Shown here piece by piece: positions 1 to 13,676 of a stretch of DNA of 64,000 nt. Source of the DNA: Octopus sinensis (taxonomy: Eukaryota); NCBI RefSeq assembly GCF_006345805.1, contig NC_042997.1:87296001-87360000 (forward strand), read 5' to 3'. The translations under genes and the position numbers were made by a program. The notes beneath the pieces are model-generated. The model did no database searches, was not told the DNA's origin, and saw only the letters and a list, made by a program, of their open reading frames with translations. How positions within the stretch are numbered: position 1 is the stretch's first letter; each line of letters begins with the position of its first letter.

Positions 1-859
1 CACCCACACCAATACTTTTCTGTTGTGGTGGGTGTGTCTTCTTGAGTACAGCAATGTGCCACATATCTTGGTCCTCTGTCATCTCCTTTGTAAGGTTCAG
101 CATTTTGAGATCAGCCTTCAATACTTCTTTTTTCCCCAAGTTTTCCTAGGTCTCCTTCTTCCTCAACTTTCTTCCACATTTAAGTGATCAGCACTTCTTT
201 ATGCAACTATCCTCAACCATGTGCATCACATGACAAAACCAATGCAGTAAACTCTCTTGCACACTGCATCTAATTCCTTTTATGCCCAACTTCTCTCTCT
301 ATACACCAATGCTCTGTCACACATACACAACTAATTAACCTATTAAAATTCAAACTGATTGAATTCATGATAATGCTATTTGTTGAAATCATCTATCCAT
401 TCTATAAATCTTAGTGGCAGTTTTTGTTAGAATGAAAATGCTTACTGAAATCATGCAGTTGGTCAAATTAGCATTTATGTAAGGAATACATTGACATACC
501 AAATACCATTAGCATATTAGCATTATCTAAGTCAAATGTTTAATCCTTTTGACATCAACTTTACCTGAGTCCTGTAAAGTGATTGGTGTTCAGAAGGGCT
601 TCCAGCTGTCAAAACTATATCAAAACTGACCCTGTTTGTGCTTGTGCCATGTAAAAAGCACTCAGCCCACTCTGCTGGGTGGTTGGTGTTAGGAAAGACA
701 TTCAGTTGTAAAAACGCTGCCAAAACAGACACAGAAGTTTGGTGCAGGCTCCTGTCAAACCATCCAACCCATGCCAGCATGGAAGGCGAACGTTAAACGA
801 TAATGATGATGAAATTGAAAAGAAAGCCTGTTGTGTGTGGTGTGTGAGTGTGTGTGTGT

Positions 860-896
<37 letters not shown>

Positions 897-1165
897 TGTG
901 TGTGTGTGTGTGTGTATTTAGTTATGTATGAATGTACGTATGTATGTATGCATGCATGAGTGTATGTATCTTTGGGTCTCCTTGCCTTCACATAATGTTG
1001 CAAATGAATGTCATTCATTTTTAGTATTCTGTGAAAATGTCTGGCCATGGGGAAATATTACCTTGTTTGGAAAGAGGTAAGGAGAGGATCCAGCTGCAGA
1101 AAACCAGCCACAGTAAAACTTCCACCAACCCATGCAAGTATAGAAAAGTAGACATTATAACGATA

Positions 1166-1197
<32 letters not shown>

Positions 1198-1246
1198 AAG
1201 CATTGTATTTCAACAGAAATAGAAAAGTGTTAAGCACAGTACTTAC

Positions 1247-2234
1247 TACATAACCAGATGGGACCTCTCCAGTTGCTGTTGCCACCAAACATATTAGTAG
1301 GTGATTCTCCTGGAGAATATCTCAGGATTCTGTTGTTAGCTCTCTTTACAGGTATATCATCATCACTTTCCTCTTCTTCTATTACATTTTTATCATCCAT
1401 TTGCATGTCACTTTCAAGATTTGTAGAACTCTCCTCTTGATCGGCTTCAGTCTGTTCAGCAGTTGCCATAATAATTATAGATGACTTCTCATCTTCACTC
1501 TCCTCTTCCTCCTCCTCCTCTTCTTCTTCTTCTATTTCTTCCTCTTCTTCTTCTTCTTCTTCCTCACTAACTTTCTCACTTTCTTCCTCACTAACTTTCT
1601 CACTTTCTTCCTCACTAACTTTCTCACTTTCTTCCTCACTAACTTTCTCACTTTCTTCCTCATTTTCTTTCTTGCTTTCTTCCTCATTTTCTTTCTTGCT
1701 TTCTTCCTCATTTTCTTTCTTGCTTTCTTCCTCATTTTCTTTCTTGCTTTCTTCCTCATTTTCTTCCTCTTTTTCCTTTTTTTCCTCTGTTTCATTTTCT
1801 TTCTCCTTTTCTTTCTCTCTCTCTTTTCTCTCTCTCTCTCTTTCTTCTCGCTCTCTTTTTTTTTTCTCTTTCTTTTCTTTTATTCTTTCTTCTCTCTCTC
1901 TCTTTTTTCTTTCTCTCTTTTCTCGCATTCTTTCTTCTCTCTCTCTTTTTTTTTTCTCTCTCCTTTCTCTCACTCTTTCTTGTCTCTCTCTTTCTTGTCT
2001 CTCTCTTTCTTCTCTCTCTCTTTCTTCTCTCTCTCTTTTCTGTCTCTCTCTTTCTTGTCTCTCTCTTTCTTTTCTCTCTCTCTCTTCTCTCTCTCTTTCC
2101 TCTCTCCGTTTTTGTTTCTCTCTTTCTTTTGCTTCCTCTCTCTCTCTACAATGACATTCTTCATCAATGTCGTGGAAACTACTTTGACTCATCCCCAACT
2201 GTACTGGGGCTCTGTAAGGATTTTGTTCATGGTG
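1247..2234 (-). CDS. GH63-like gene exon 16 with large low-complexity insert (HHEQNPY...[E/R/K repeats, poly-E]...[24 protein letters not shown])
   Basis: Strong T-rich ttttag acceptor at 2235, gtaagt donor at 1246, 988 nt open frame joining two conserved motifs; phase 0 to 1. Both ends are secure; whether the interior is fully exonic is less certain. Confidence 0.78.
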
Positions 2235-5200
2235 CTAAAAAAAAAAATAAAAAAAAACAAAAAACCACATAAATCTCTGTTGAGTGGTTTTGAAAAGAAG
2301 TGAGAAATGTATCTTCATTCTTTCAAGTCACACATATACTCCTGAAAATTATACTGTTTATTATTGAGTTTAAATCCTACAGAAATCAAGCTTTGCCTGT
2401 CATTCCTCCAGGACTGGTAAAATAAAACACTACTTGGATAGACGATATCAACTAACACCTTCCCTCAAAATTATTGGCCTCATGCCTAAATCGTTATCAT
2501 CATTGTCATCATGATCACAGAAGTTCAAATCCTGTTGTAGTCAACTTTGTTTTTCATTTTTCTGAAGTCAATAAAATAAGTATCATTCAATTCACTGCTA
2601 AGAAAGTTCACCATGAGGGAAGTTTACCAAGAAAATATATCCATAGTACCTCACCATTAATAGTTAATCTATTTTATAGCATAAAAAGCAAACAAAAAAA
2701 AACCAACAAAAAAAAACGGTGTATTGATGACACTGAACTTTAACTTTTCCTGTAGTGAACTGATGATGGTGAACTTTCCCTGCGGTGAATTGATGACAGT
2801 GAACTTAGTGGGCATGTCTTTTCAGGATTGATAGAATAAAGTATCTGTCAAGCACTAGGGATTGAGTAATTGACTGTATGCTCCCCTTAAAACTAATGGT
2901 CTGGTGCCAAAATTAGAAAGAGCTATAATAATACTTATTTTTATAGTGGATGGAACATGTGGAAGAGGAAGACTTAGGAAGACATAGGATGAATTACTGA
3001 AGGATGACCTCCAGACACTGACCCTCTCACATGAGATGACAAAGGAACAAGATACCTGGCATCTTGCTGTACTCAAGAAGACCTGTCCTCCACAGCAGAT
3101 GTGTTAAGGTCGCTACCCCTGGTGAAGAGGATTGGCCTGCAAGAGTTATGTGCCAATGCCATGTAAAAAGAATTTGTGCCAGTGTCACGTTAAAAACATT
3201 CAACAAACACTGTAAAGTGGTTGGCATTAGGAAGGGCATCCAGTCACAGAAACCAAACCAGTCAGACTAGAACTTGGTGCAGCTCTCTAGCTTACCAGCT
3301 CTGGTCAAATCATTCAACCCATACTAGCATGGGAAATGGATGTTAAGAGATTATTATTATTGTTGTTATTATTATTATTATTATTCAGTAGTTTTATTTT
3401 TATAGCGTGCTTTCACTTCACTACCGAGTGCAGCTTTGTGTGCCTTGGGTATGTGCTGTGATTTGTTGTGATGCTCTGATGGTTATTGTATGGAAAGTGT
3501 TCTGTGTAGGATGTGTGCAGTGCCTAGTAGTGCAATTTTCTGTATGTTATATGTGTTTGTAAGTCCTGGTGTTTTTGTTATGTATTTGTCTGAATATTTT
3601 TTTATCATGCCTAATGCACCTACTATGATAGGAATTGTTTCTGTTTTCAGATTCCACATTCTAGTTACCTCTATTTCCAGGTCTTTGTATTTTGAGAGTT
3701 TCTCCATTTCTTTTAGAGACACGTTGTCATCTGCCGGTATTGATACATCAATTAGAAAGCGTTTTTTTTCTTCATGATCTCTGACAACTATATCTGGTCT
3801 GTTGGCCTTAATTTCTCTATCTGTGTGTATCGGCATATCCCAGAGTATGGTTGCTTTCTCGTTTTCTGTGACCTTTTCTGGTGTGTGCCTATACCATCTT
3901 TTTCTGTTGTTATTCCATAATGTTGGCATAGCTTCCAATGTATGTAGGTTCCAACTCTGTCATGTCTGTGAATATATTCCTTCTTAGCCAGGACTGGGCA
4001 GCTAGAGATAATATGATTTATTGTTTCTTGTCCATCTCCACATATTCTGCAGTTACTTGTTATATTTCTTTTCATTACATGTTTTTGGCAATTTCTGGTG
4101 GGGAGGCTTTGGTCTTGTGCTGCAATTAAAAATCCCTCTGTTTCTGCTTTGAGTCCTGAGCTTCTCAACCATTGCTGGGATTTTTCTTTGTCTATTTCTT
4201 TTGCGTTTAGTTTAGTCCAGTATTTACCATGAAGGGGCTTTTCTTGCCATCGTTTTATCATGGTTCGTTGCTGTTCTATTTTTAGTTTGGATTTCATTTG
4301 TTTTATAGCTTTTGTTGTTTCTTCATCTTCTTCTTCTTCTTCATATTTATTAGGTGGTATGATTTCTTGTTTGTATTTGTCAGCTTCCTTAAATACTGAG
4401 AACAGTATTTTGTTTTGCTCGTGTTTTGCCGCTATTTGTATCAGTCTTCCTTCCTTCTGAAGTAGATATTTTTGCAGTCCTATGGTGGTTATTTTATAGT
4501 AGTTTTCCAGCTGTATAAGGCCTCTACCACCTTCTATACATTGTATATATAGTCTTTCTATGTCAGATTTTGGGTGATGCATCCTAGATCCTGTCATTAT
4601 TTTTCTTGTTTTCCTATCTATTTTGGTCAGTTCATTTCGTGTCCAGTTAAGGATATTGTAGCTGTAACTTATAACTGGGACAGCTAAAGTGTTAATACCT
4701 ATTATCTTGTTTTTAGCATTGAGCTCTGTTTTTAGTATTGATCTAACTCGCCTATAATATTCTTTTTTTATTTTCTCTTTCATTTGTGTGTGTTGTGTCT
4801 TATCTAGTTCATGGATTCCTAAGTATTTGTAAGTTTGGCTTTGGTCTAATTCTTTTATTTCATTGGTTTTATCTAGTGTGATGTTGCTACTCTTAACTAG
4901 TTTTCCTCTTTTCATGGTTACTTTGGCGCATTTTTCTAATCCAAATTTCATATCTATTTCTTTGGTAAATCCATGAACTGTCTTTAATAGTGTTTCCAGC
5001 TGTTTGTCATTTGCAGCGTATAGTTTTAGGTCATCCATATATAAAAGGTGGCTGATGGTTTTGCCGTAACATTTATATCCGCATCCAGTTCTATTTAGTA
5101 TATCAGATAGAGGTGACAGTGCCAAGCAGAAAAGGAGTGGAGAGAGTGTGTCTCCCTGGAATATTCCTCTTCTAATGGGGATGTCTTTGGTTTTCATGAG

Positions 5201-8200
5201 TCCCTCTTTTGTTTGGAGGTGTAGGACTGTTTGCCATTTATTCATAGAGTGCTCTATGAATTTTATGATTGTTGGTGCTACTTTGTTAATGGCTAGTGTT
5301 TCGAGGATCCATGTGTGGGGGATGCTATCAAACGTCTTTTTGTAGTCAATCCAGGCCATACTGAGGCCTTTCTTCTTTCTGTGGCTGTCTTCAGTTATGG
5401 CTTTATTAATCATTAGTTGATCTTTACAGCCATATGAGCCTTTGCGACATCCTTTCTGCTCTTCTGGGAACAGTTTGTTTTCGTCCAGGTGCTTGTTCAA
5501 CCTTTGCGATATCACTGCAGTAAATGCCTTGAACATTGTAGGGAGGCAGGTTATTGGTCTGTAGTTTTTTGGTTTTGCTGTCTCATTTGATTTGGGAATT
5601 AAGATGGTTTTCCCCTTCGTGAGCCATTCAGGCATTGTCTCTGGCTCTGCTAGTATGTTGTTAAAGTTTTCAGCCAGCTTTTTGTGCATTCCTGTTAGAT
5701 ATTTCAACCAGAAGTTGGGGATCTTGTCATGCCCAGGTGCCTTCCAGTTGCTTAGTCTTTGCAGTGCCTGGGTGACCTCTTCAGTTGTTATGGGGGTCCA
5801 AAGTTGTTCAGATGCCGAGTTTGTTATTTTGATACTCCTTTTTTTTGGTTGTTCGTTCACCGACCATATTTCTCTCCAGAATTCTTCCAATTCTTCTGCC
5901 GTTGGTGCTGCAGTGACTTCTATTTTATTTTTGCCAAGTTCTTGGTAGAACTTTTTGGGGTTGGAGTTGAACTTTTTGTTTTGTTCAAAGAAGCGCTGGC
6001 GTTTCTCGTACCGGCGGATCCTTTGTGCTTTGGCAAGGATATCTTGCTTCAGCAAATCTTTCTCTGTGATGTTATATTTGCGGAGTATTTTTGTTTTCTT
6101 TTTGTTGCTCAGTAGCGTTGATTGTTTGCTGATTTCATTAAGAATCGACAGATCTTTTCTCATTTTTTGTATTTTGTTTTGGATGTTATTTATCCACAGG
6201 GTTTGTTTGGGTGGTGGTACTCCTGTTTATTATTATTATTATTATTATTATTATTGGCAAGCTGGTAAAATGCTTAGTGGTATTTCGCCTGAAGCTAGCT
6301 TCTGAGTTTAAATTCCGCTGAGGTCAACTATGCTTTTCAACCTTTTGGGGTTGATAAATTAGGTACCAGTGAAACACTGGGGTTAATGTACTCGACTAGT
6401 ACCCTCCCCCCAAATTTGGAGCCTTGTGCCTTCAATAAAAAGGATTATTATTATTATTATTGGTGAGCTGTAGAATTGTTAGCATGCTGGATGAAATGCT
6501 TAGCGGCAATTCACCAGTTACTATGTTGAGTTCAAATTCTGCCAAGGTTGACTTTGCCTTTCATCCTTTCAGGGTGGATAAATTAAGTACCAGTTAAACA
6601 CTGGGGTTGATGTAATTGACTAATACCCTCCCACAAGATTTCAGGCCTTCAGTAGAAAGGATTATTATTATTATTATTATTATTTAGGTAGCAAGCTGGC
6701 AGAATCATTAGCATGCTGGGCGAAATGCTGCTAAGCATTTTGTCTGTCTTCGAGTTCAAATTCTGTCAAGGTCAACTTTGCTTTTCTTCTTTTTAGGATT
6801 GATGAAATAAGTACCAGTCAAGCACTGGGATCAGTATAAACAACTAGCGCTCACCCTTCAAAATTGCTTGCCTTATGTCAAAAATTAGAAAGTATTATTA
6901 TTATTATTAAAGCAAAGAGTTGGCAGAATCATTAGTACGCTGGGCAAAATGCTTAGCAGTATTTCACTCATCTTAACAAATTCTGCCGAGGCCAATTTAG
7001 CCTTTCATCCTTTAGGGCCCAATGAAATAAGTACCAGTTACATACTGAGGTTGATATAATCAACAATCCACCTCTCCCGAAATTTCAGTCCTTATGCCTA
7101 TAGTTGAAAGGATCATTATTATTATTATCATTATTGACATGATGATGGCTCACTTGCATCTAATGAGGCTGCAAAGAGAGAGACTTGGAGATGCCACTAT
7201 GAAAGGTTGCTAAATGAAGAAAATGGGAGAAAGAGAGTCTGCCAAATGTTGACCCAACAGAGGGACCAGCTATCTGAATTGAGAGTACTTTGGTAGATAA
7301 AGCAATTAAAGGCGTGAAAACAGGAAAGGCCCCTGGACCATAGGTAATCACCACAGAGATGCTTAAAATATCTGGCAGTGTAGGTTATAGTGTAGTTGCC
7401 CATATAGTCAATCAGGAGATACATGAAGGAGTCATGCACAATGACTGGTGTAGCGGCACCATGGTCAAGTGCTACAAAGGTAAAGGTGACGCATTAGATA
7501 TGAATAATTACAGAGGTATCCAGTTGTTGGACCTGGTGATGAAAGTCATGGAGAGGGTCATAGCCCAACTAATTAGGGAGAGAGTTAGTTTAGATGAGAG
7601 GCAGTTTGGGTTTGTACAAGGGAGAAGCACATCTGATACTATATTTCTGGTAAGACAGCTGCAAGAGAAATACTTAGCCAAAGATGAACCTCTGTACTTG
7701 GCTTACATTGACATGGAGAAAGCCTTTGACAGGGTCCCCCGATCCCTTATCAAGTGGTCAATGTGGAAACTAGGGATAGATGAATGGTAAGTGAGAGCTG
7801 TACAAACCATGTACAGGGATGCTGTCAGTAAGGTGAGGTTGGCAGCGAGTATAGCGAAGAATTCTGGGTAGGGGTAGAGGTCTACCAAGGATCAGTCCTC
7901 AGCCCCCTTTTTATTCATCATAGTCCTCCTGGCAATAACAGAGGAATTCAAGACAGGATGCTCCTGGGAGTTCCTCTATGCTGATGACCTTGCTTTAATT
8001 ACTGAGTCACTATCAGAACTAGAGGAGAAGCTTCAGATGTGGAAGCAAGGATTAGAATTGAACGGCCTTGGAGTCAATCTAGCAATAACCAAAGTCTTTG
8101 GTAGAAACTCCATAAGATGTACCCAGTGTAAGCTTTGGACACATAAAAAGTGCAGCAATATCAAAGGAAGGCTAACTAGGAAGATAGTATTTGTATGTCA

Positions 8201-11200
8201 CAAATGCTCAGGTGCTATAAACACTGAAAATGTGTGGAAAACAGCTTCCATCAATATGCCAGGGGGGAAAACTAGATGTAGTTGATAGCTTCCATTACCT
8301 AGGTGACCAAGTCAGTAGCAGGGGCAGATGCTCTGAGAGTGTAGCTGCTAGAATAAGAATAGCCTGGGCAAAGTTCAGAGAGCTCCTACCTCTGTTGGAC
8401 CGAAAGGTAGCCTGTACGACACGTGTGCGAACAGTCATGCTTCACAGCAGTGAAATATGGGCTGAGACTGCTGAGGACATTCGTAAGCTTGCAAAAAAAT
8501 GAAGCCAGTATGCTCTGCTGGATGTGTAATATCAGTGTGCATACACGACAGAGTGTAAGTTCCCTGAGAGAAAAGTTGGACATACGAAATAATATTTACC
8601 AGAGACAAATATAATTCACAGGGAATGAAAGAGAGTTTATCTAAAATGAAGACTGAGATAGAGGAATGAATCTGTGGAGCAGTTGCTCAACTAATAAGAC
8701 CCCTTTTTCAGTTTTCAGGCATAGCATTAAGGGAGAAAAATTTGGTGATGTCTGTTTCAGATCAACTTGATCATACTGAGTTAACCCTTTAGTTTTCAGA
8801 TTATTCTATTAAGCATATCCTTTATTTATTTAAATTGTTTTGAATTACTCATGTATTATCCCATAGCTTCAAGATTTTAATGATGTGGTAGTTTATTTTT
8901 AGAATGATATTGTAGGGTAAGTGTGAGAGGCCAGATCTGGCCTGTTTGAACATAAAGTAAGGAGAATATTTTGGTCTGATATGGCTGGTTTAAATGCTAA
9001 AGGGTTAAAGAAAAACACAACAACAATCCCACCAAAAAAAAAAAAAAAGCAATGATGAAGCCAGAAAGAAAACTTTGTTTCTGTGACAACCAGTGAGTGG
9101 ACAACACAGTCACTCAGTAACAAGGAAGAATGTGTAAAAAATATCTATGCAATGTTATGCATTCCAGAATCATGAAACTTCCAATCAGAGATGTACTTAG
9201 CATTCAGAAAGAAGAAGAAAAAATGGTTATAGGAACAGGCATGGCTCTGTGATAATAAGTTTGTTTCCCAACCACATGATTCCAGGTTCAGTCACACTGC
9301 ATGACACCTTGGGCAAATGTCTTCTATAATCTCAAGCCACTAAAGCCTTGTGAGTGGATTTGGTAGAAGGAAACTGAAAAAAACTTGTCATATATACATT
9401 TATATGTATATATATGCATGTGTTGCTTTTGTTTTTGACTTTGCCCCCCCCCCAACCAGCTGAAAACTGGCATTGGTTTGTTTATGTCCCTAAAACTTGG
9501 TTCAGTAAAAAGACCAATAGTATAAGTACTAAGCTTTAAAAAAAAGAAAAAACAAAAGTACTTGGCAGTAGTTTTTCCTTCTGTATTGCATAGATACTCT
9601 CTTGCCATTCTTGCTATTAAAAAATACAGTGATTCAGTGACTGACTTGTTGGAAATCTATAACCACTAGTGCCACTGCTCACAAAAACCAAAAGGCAGTG
9701 GAGTGACGTTAAAAAATGCCTTGAATTATTTAACTAAACTTTTCTTGGTTTTCATTTTTTTATGCTTTAGCCAAAAGAGGAAGGGCAGAGCATATGACCT
9801 TTTTTAGGTTTTCCAAGATTGGGTGAGAGGAGGGGAAGAAGTTTGCAGACTAAAGACATGATCTGAATGCTTGCAACAGATTGGAATCTGCTAAAACCAG
9901 AGGAGAGGTAGGTGGTGGTGTTAAGCCAGACATCAGAGTAATTCCACCACCTATTCTAAATTCAGATATTGTCAGAGTTAACTTTCCATTTCAAGAGTGA
10001 TGCTCCTTATTGTGTCCCATATTTCTGATTTTTGCTTTGTAAAAGTGCCTGTGTGGTGCTACATAAAAGCATCTATGCAGTGCCACATAAAAGCACCCAG
10101 CACACTTCATAAAGCGGTTGATATTAGGAAGGGCATCCAGCTGAAGAAACCATGACAAATTAGACTGGTGTCAGGTGGAGCTCTCCAGCTCTGGCCAAAC
10201 CATCCAACCCATGCCAGCATGGACAATGGACATTAAATGTTGATAATGATGGTAATTTTACCAGGTTTGGTAAAATAAGTGCACTTACATAAACATATAG
10301 GTATGTGGGTATTTTGAAAATAACTCAAGGGGTGATGACTGTGCCCAGCATAGTTATGGGTTGTCCTTTGGCAAGGCATAACACCCATTCAGCCACCCTG
10401 CCAGGGATATAGCAGATTGGCAGATGTGATGAGGCAGTATAAGAGCTCAACTGAACCAACAGTGCTTCCTACATTGATGTTGAGCAGAGGAATCCTAGAA
10501 GGTCAACGGTCAGGATCACCCAGGTCTATCAAGAGAGTAACTGCAACACATCCATTGTTGTGTAATCAGCTGATGAAAGACTCGTGATTCAAGCTTCCAA
10601 TTCAAATATGAATAGTAGAACTGGGTAGCAACAGGGAGTCATGGGAATCTGTGCAAGCAGCACAACCAAGCTATATAAACATACAAGCAAAAACATGCAC
10701 ACATCCACACATGCATATACATGCATGCAAGCACAGGCAGTTTGTTTAATTCAAACTTTGAAGATTCTATTTTATGAATAGGATGTAAAAGAAAAGTAAC
10801 AACAAACCTTTGAAAGAGATCTAATTCCAAAGGGAGACAAGAATTCTGTCTCACTGAATAGGTAACCCAGAATATGTTGGAGCTGTTCAGAAGAAACGAA
10901 TGATAAAAATAGCTTGTTGTTGTCGATATGCACCTAAAAGAAAAGAAAAGAAAACAATGAAGCAGCTGCAGCCATAGACTTTGAATGAAACGAATATCTG
11001 GAGATAATTGATATATTAACCCTTTCATTACCAAGCTGGCTGAAACTGGCTCTGGCTCTGAGTACAAACGTCTTGTTTTCGTAAGTTTTTGAATTAAAAT
11101 CTTCCACCAAACCTTAGTTACAATTTATGTTTCTAACACTAGCTGAATGATAATTAAGTTATTTTACTAAATTCTTTGTTATATTTAAAGTAATTGAAAG

Positions 11201-13124
11201 AAACACAGAACATTTCAAAATAAATATAATAATGAAAGGGTTAACAGCTGTTGTTATGGTTTAACTCCAGGTCAAGCATAATCAAGGAGACGTGTGATCA
11301 AAAGTATTCCAGTTGTAACCAACCTGTTTTTCTCTTTTTAAGCTCAGATTACATTGTCGAATTTCTCCCTTTCGTTTTTGTTTTATTAAAGATGGTGAGA
11401 TTTGGCTACTATCTTTAGCAAGTTCAGTGACATCATAGTATTTCCTTCATTGACTCATGTTGATGTACTTGTAGTGTATAGTGGTAACAACCTGGGTTGG
11501 CAAGATGCAGTGGTATTGTATGTAGTTGTAACTGCATACATTAGTGGAATGATGAAGAGGTAGTAATTATTGTTGTCTTACCCTAGGTCAGTCTTGATAC
11601 AGCAGACCATTCCAACTGTGACCATACCACCTTTTATTCAGACATAGAATTATATTATCTAATGTACTCATCCTTTTTAAGTTTGGTAAAAATATGATGT
11701 AAGGGTGATTTAGCTGCTATTACTAGAAGTTGAGTGACTATGTAAAGACTTCCTAGTAGTAGGCAATGGTAATGGTAAAAGATGAAATATATATCAATTA
11801 ATCAATGCAGTGTAGTAAGATGGCAGTGGTGGCAGTGGTTGTTAGTGTTGTTTTGTCCTAGATCAGCCTTAACAGAACAGATTTATGACTAAAAGCATGA
11901 CCATCGCATTCCTTTTTTTTAAAGGGAGATTTAGCAACTGTTTCTCTCTGGGAAAGTGACCATTTAAAGGCTTTATGAAGTGTAGTGATAGGTGTATCCA
12001 ATAGAGATACAGTGTAGATGCAGCTGTAGTTGTGTAACCACAGGTCAGCTCTGATCAAGCAGTCCTGTTGTATGTAGAAAGTTGATCAAACTACCAGGCA
12101 TGAACCACAAGTCTTAGTTATGCCATTATACCATGTGTCTACCTAGCTGAGGACAATAGAGCTTGCTCTGATACATAGTGACAAAATGTATGAGGTGCTG
12201 CAGCATTGATAGCCTGGACATATTGCACTCAAACTACTATCAAGTTAATTTCTATATGCTTAGAAATTCTGGTGGTGGTTACAGTGGAAGTAGGCAAAAT
12301 GGACTTGGTTAGACTATGAAAGTTGCTATTCCTCTGCTCTAATTGTTTCTGTTTTAGACTAGGGAAGCTATTCATGCCACAGCTACTTCTGGTGTGTCTG
12401 TGTTTTTTATGTTTGTCTAGGTCAGTGGTTCTCAACCATTTTGTCCCAGTGGACCCATTTCATTGCTATTTTACTCAGTGGGTGGGATTCTCAAAAACAT
12501 TCGATATCAAAAACTCCTATTATACTTTTGTGATTAAATATTATTAGGAATTGTATACAAAATTGTTTAAATATTTTGTGTATAACCAGCACATAAGTTG
12601 CAAATAATATAACCATCTTATCTATATATATAAAACTGAGAATGTGTGTGTGTCTGTCTGTTACCATTCTGTTGATATGCTTATGTCTTTTTCTTGGGAT
12701 GTCTACTGTATCAGGAATTTAACCCACATGGATATACATAGGATTGCACCTAAAGACTTACGCTCATGGATCTATGTAGGATTGCACCTAGGGATTCATT
12801 CTTTGGTTTCTATAACTTTGGAAAGTTGAACTATAAACTTCTTTGCTTCTGTCTCCTTCTCTCTTTCCATCTCCTTATTCTTTTACTCCCTTCCTCAATG
12901 TTGTCGTGGTGTATAGCATTCTCATTTTCTATATCTTTTTTTTCTCAATTTGTCTCTGATGACAGAATATCCCATACCCGGGGATATCCCAGAAAGAGCT
13001 GTAAGATTTTAAATTCCTTCCTGTAACAATATTGTATATGACTTGAGATGTTTGCTTTACCATAATGTTTGATGCCCTGTTTAACAATTATATATATATA
13101 TCGATATGTAGATATGTATATATT

Positions 13125-13192
<68 letters not shown>

Positions 13193-13269
13193 GTATATAT
13201 ATATATATCTATCTATATATAGATATGTATATATTTGTGTGTGTGTGTGTGGGTGTATATGTATGTATC

Positions 13270-13309
<40 letters not shown>

Positions 13310-13459
13310 AATATATATATATCTATATATAGATATGTATATATTTGTGTGTGTGTTGTATATGTTATATATATATTATATATATATATATATATTATAT
13401 ATTATATATATATATTATATATATATATATAGATATGTATATATTTGTGTGTGTGTGCG

Positions 13460-13555
<96 letters not shown>

Positions 13556-13627
13556 CTATATATAGATATGTATATATTTGTGTGTGTGTGTTGTATATGT
13601 TATATATATATATTATAATATATATAT

Positions 13628-13676
<49 letters not shown>

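Noticed and set aside
440-600. Minus-strand gtaag/gtaaag donors as candidates for exon 17
   Set aside because: No frame gives the expected NxLLxESL-type continuation; the next exon is probably left of the window.
1532-2303. Overlapping K/R-rich and S/L/F-rich ORFs
   Set aside because: Alternative-frame and antisense shadows of the purine-rich repeat in exon 16; no splice or motif support.
6256-7112. Regularly spaced repeats resembling a CRISPR array
   Set aside because: Units are diverged SINEs of about 200 bp with microsatellite spacers, in a eukaryotic intron, with no cas genes.
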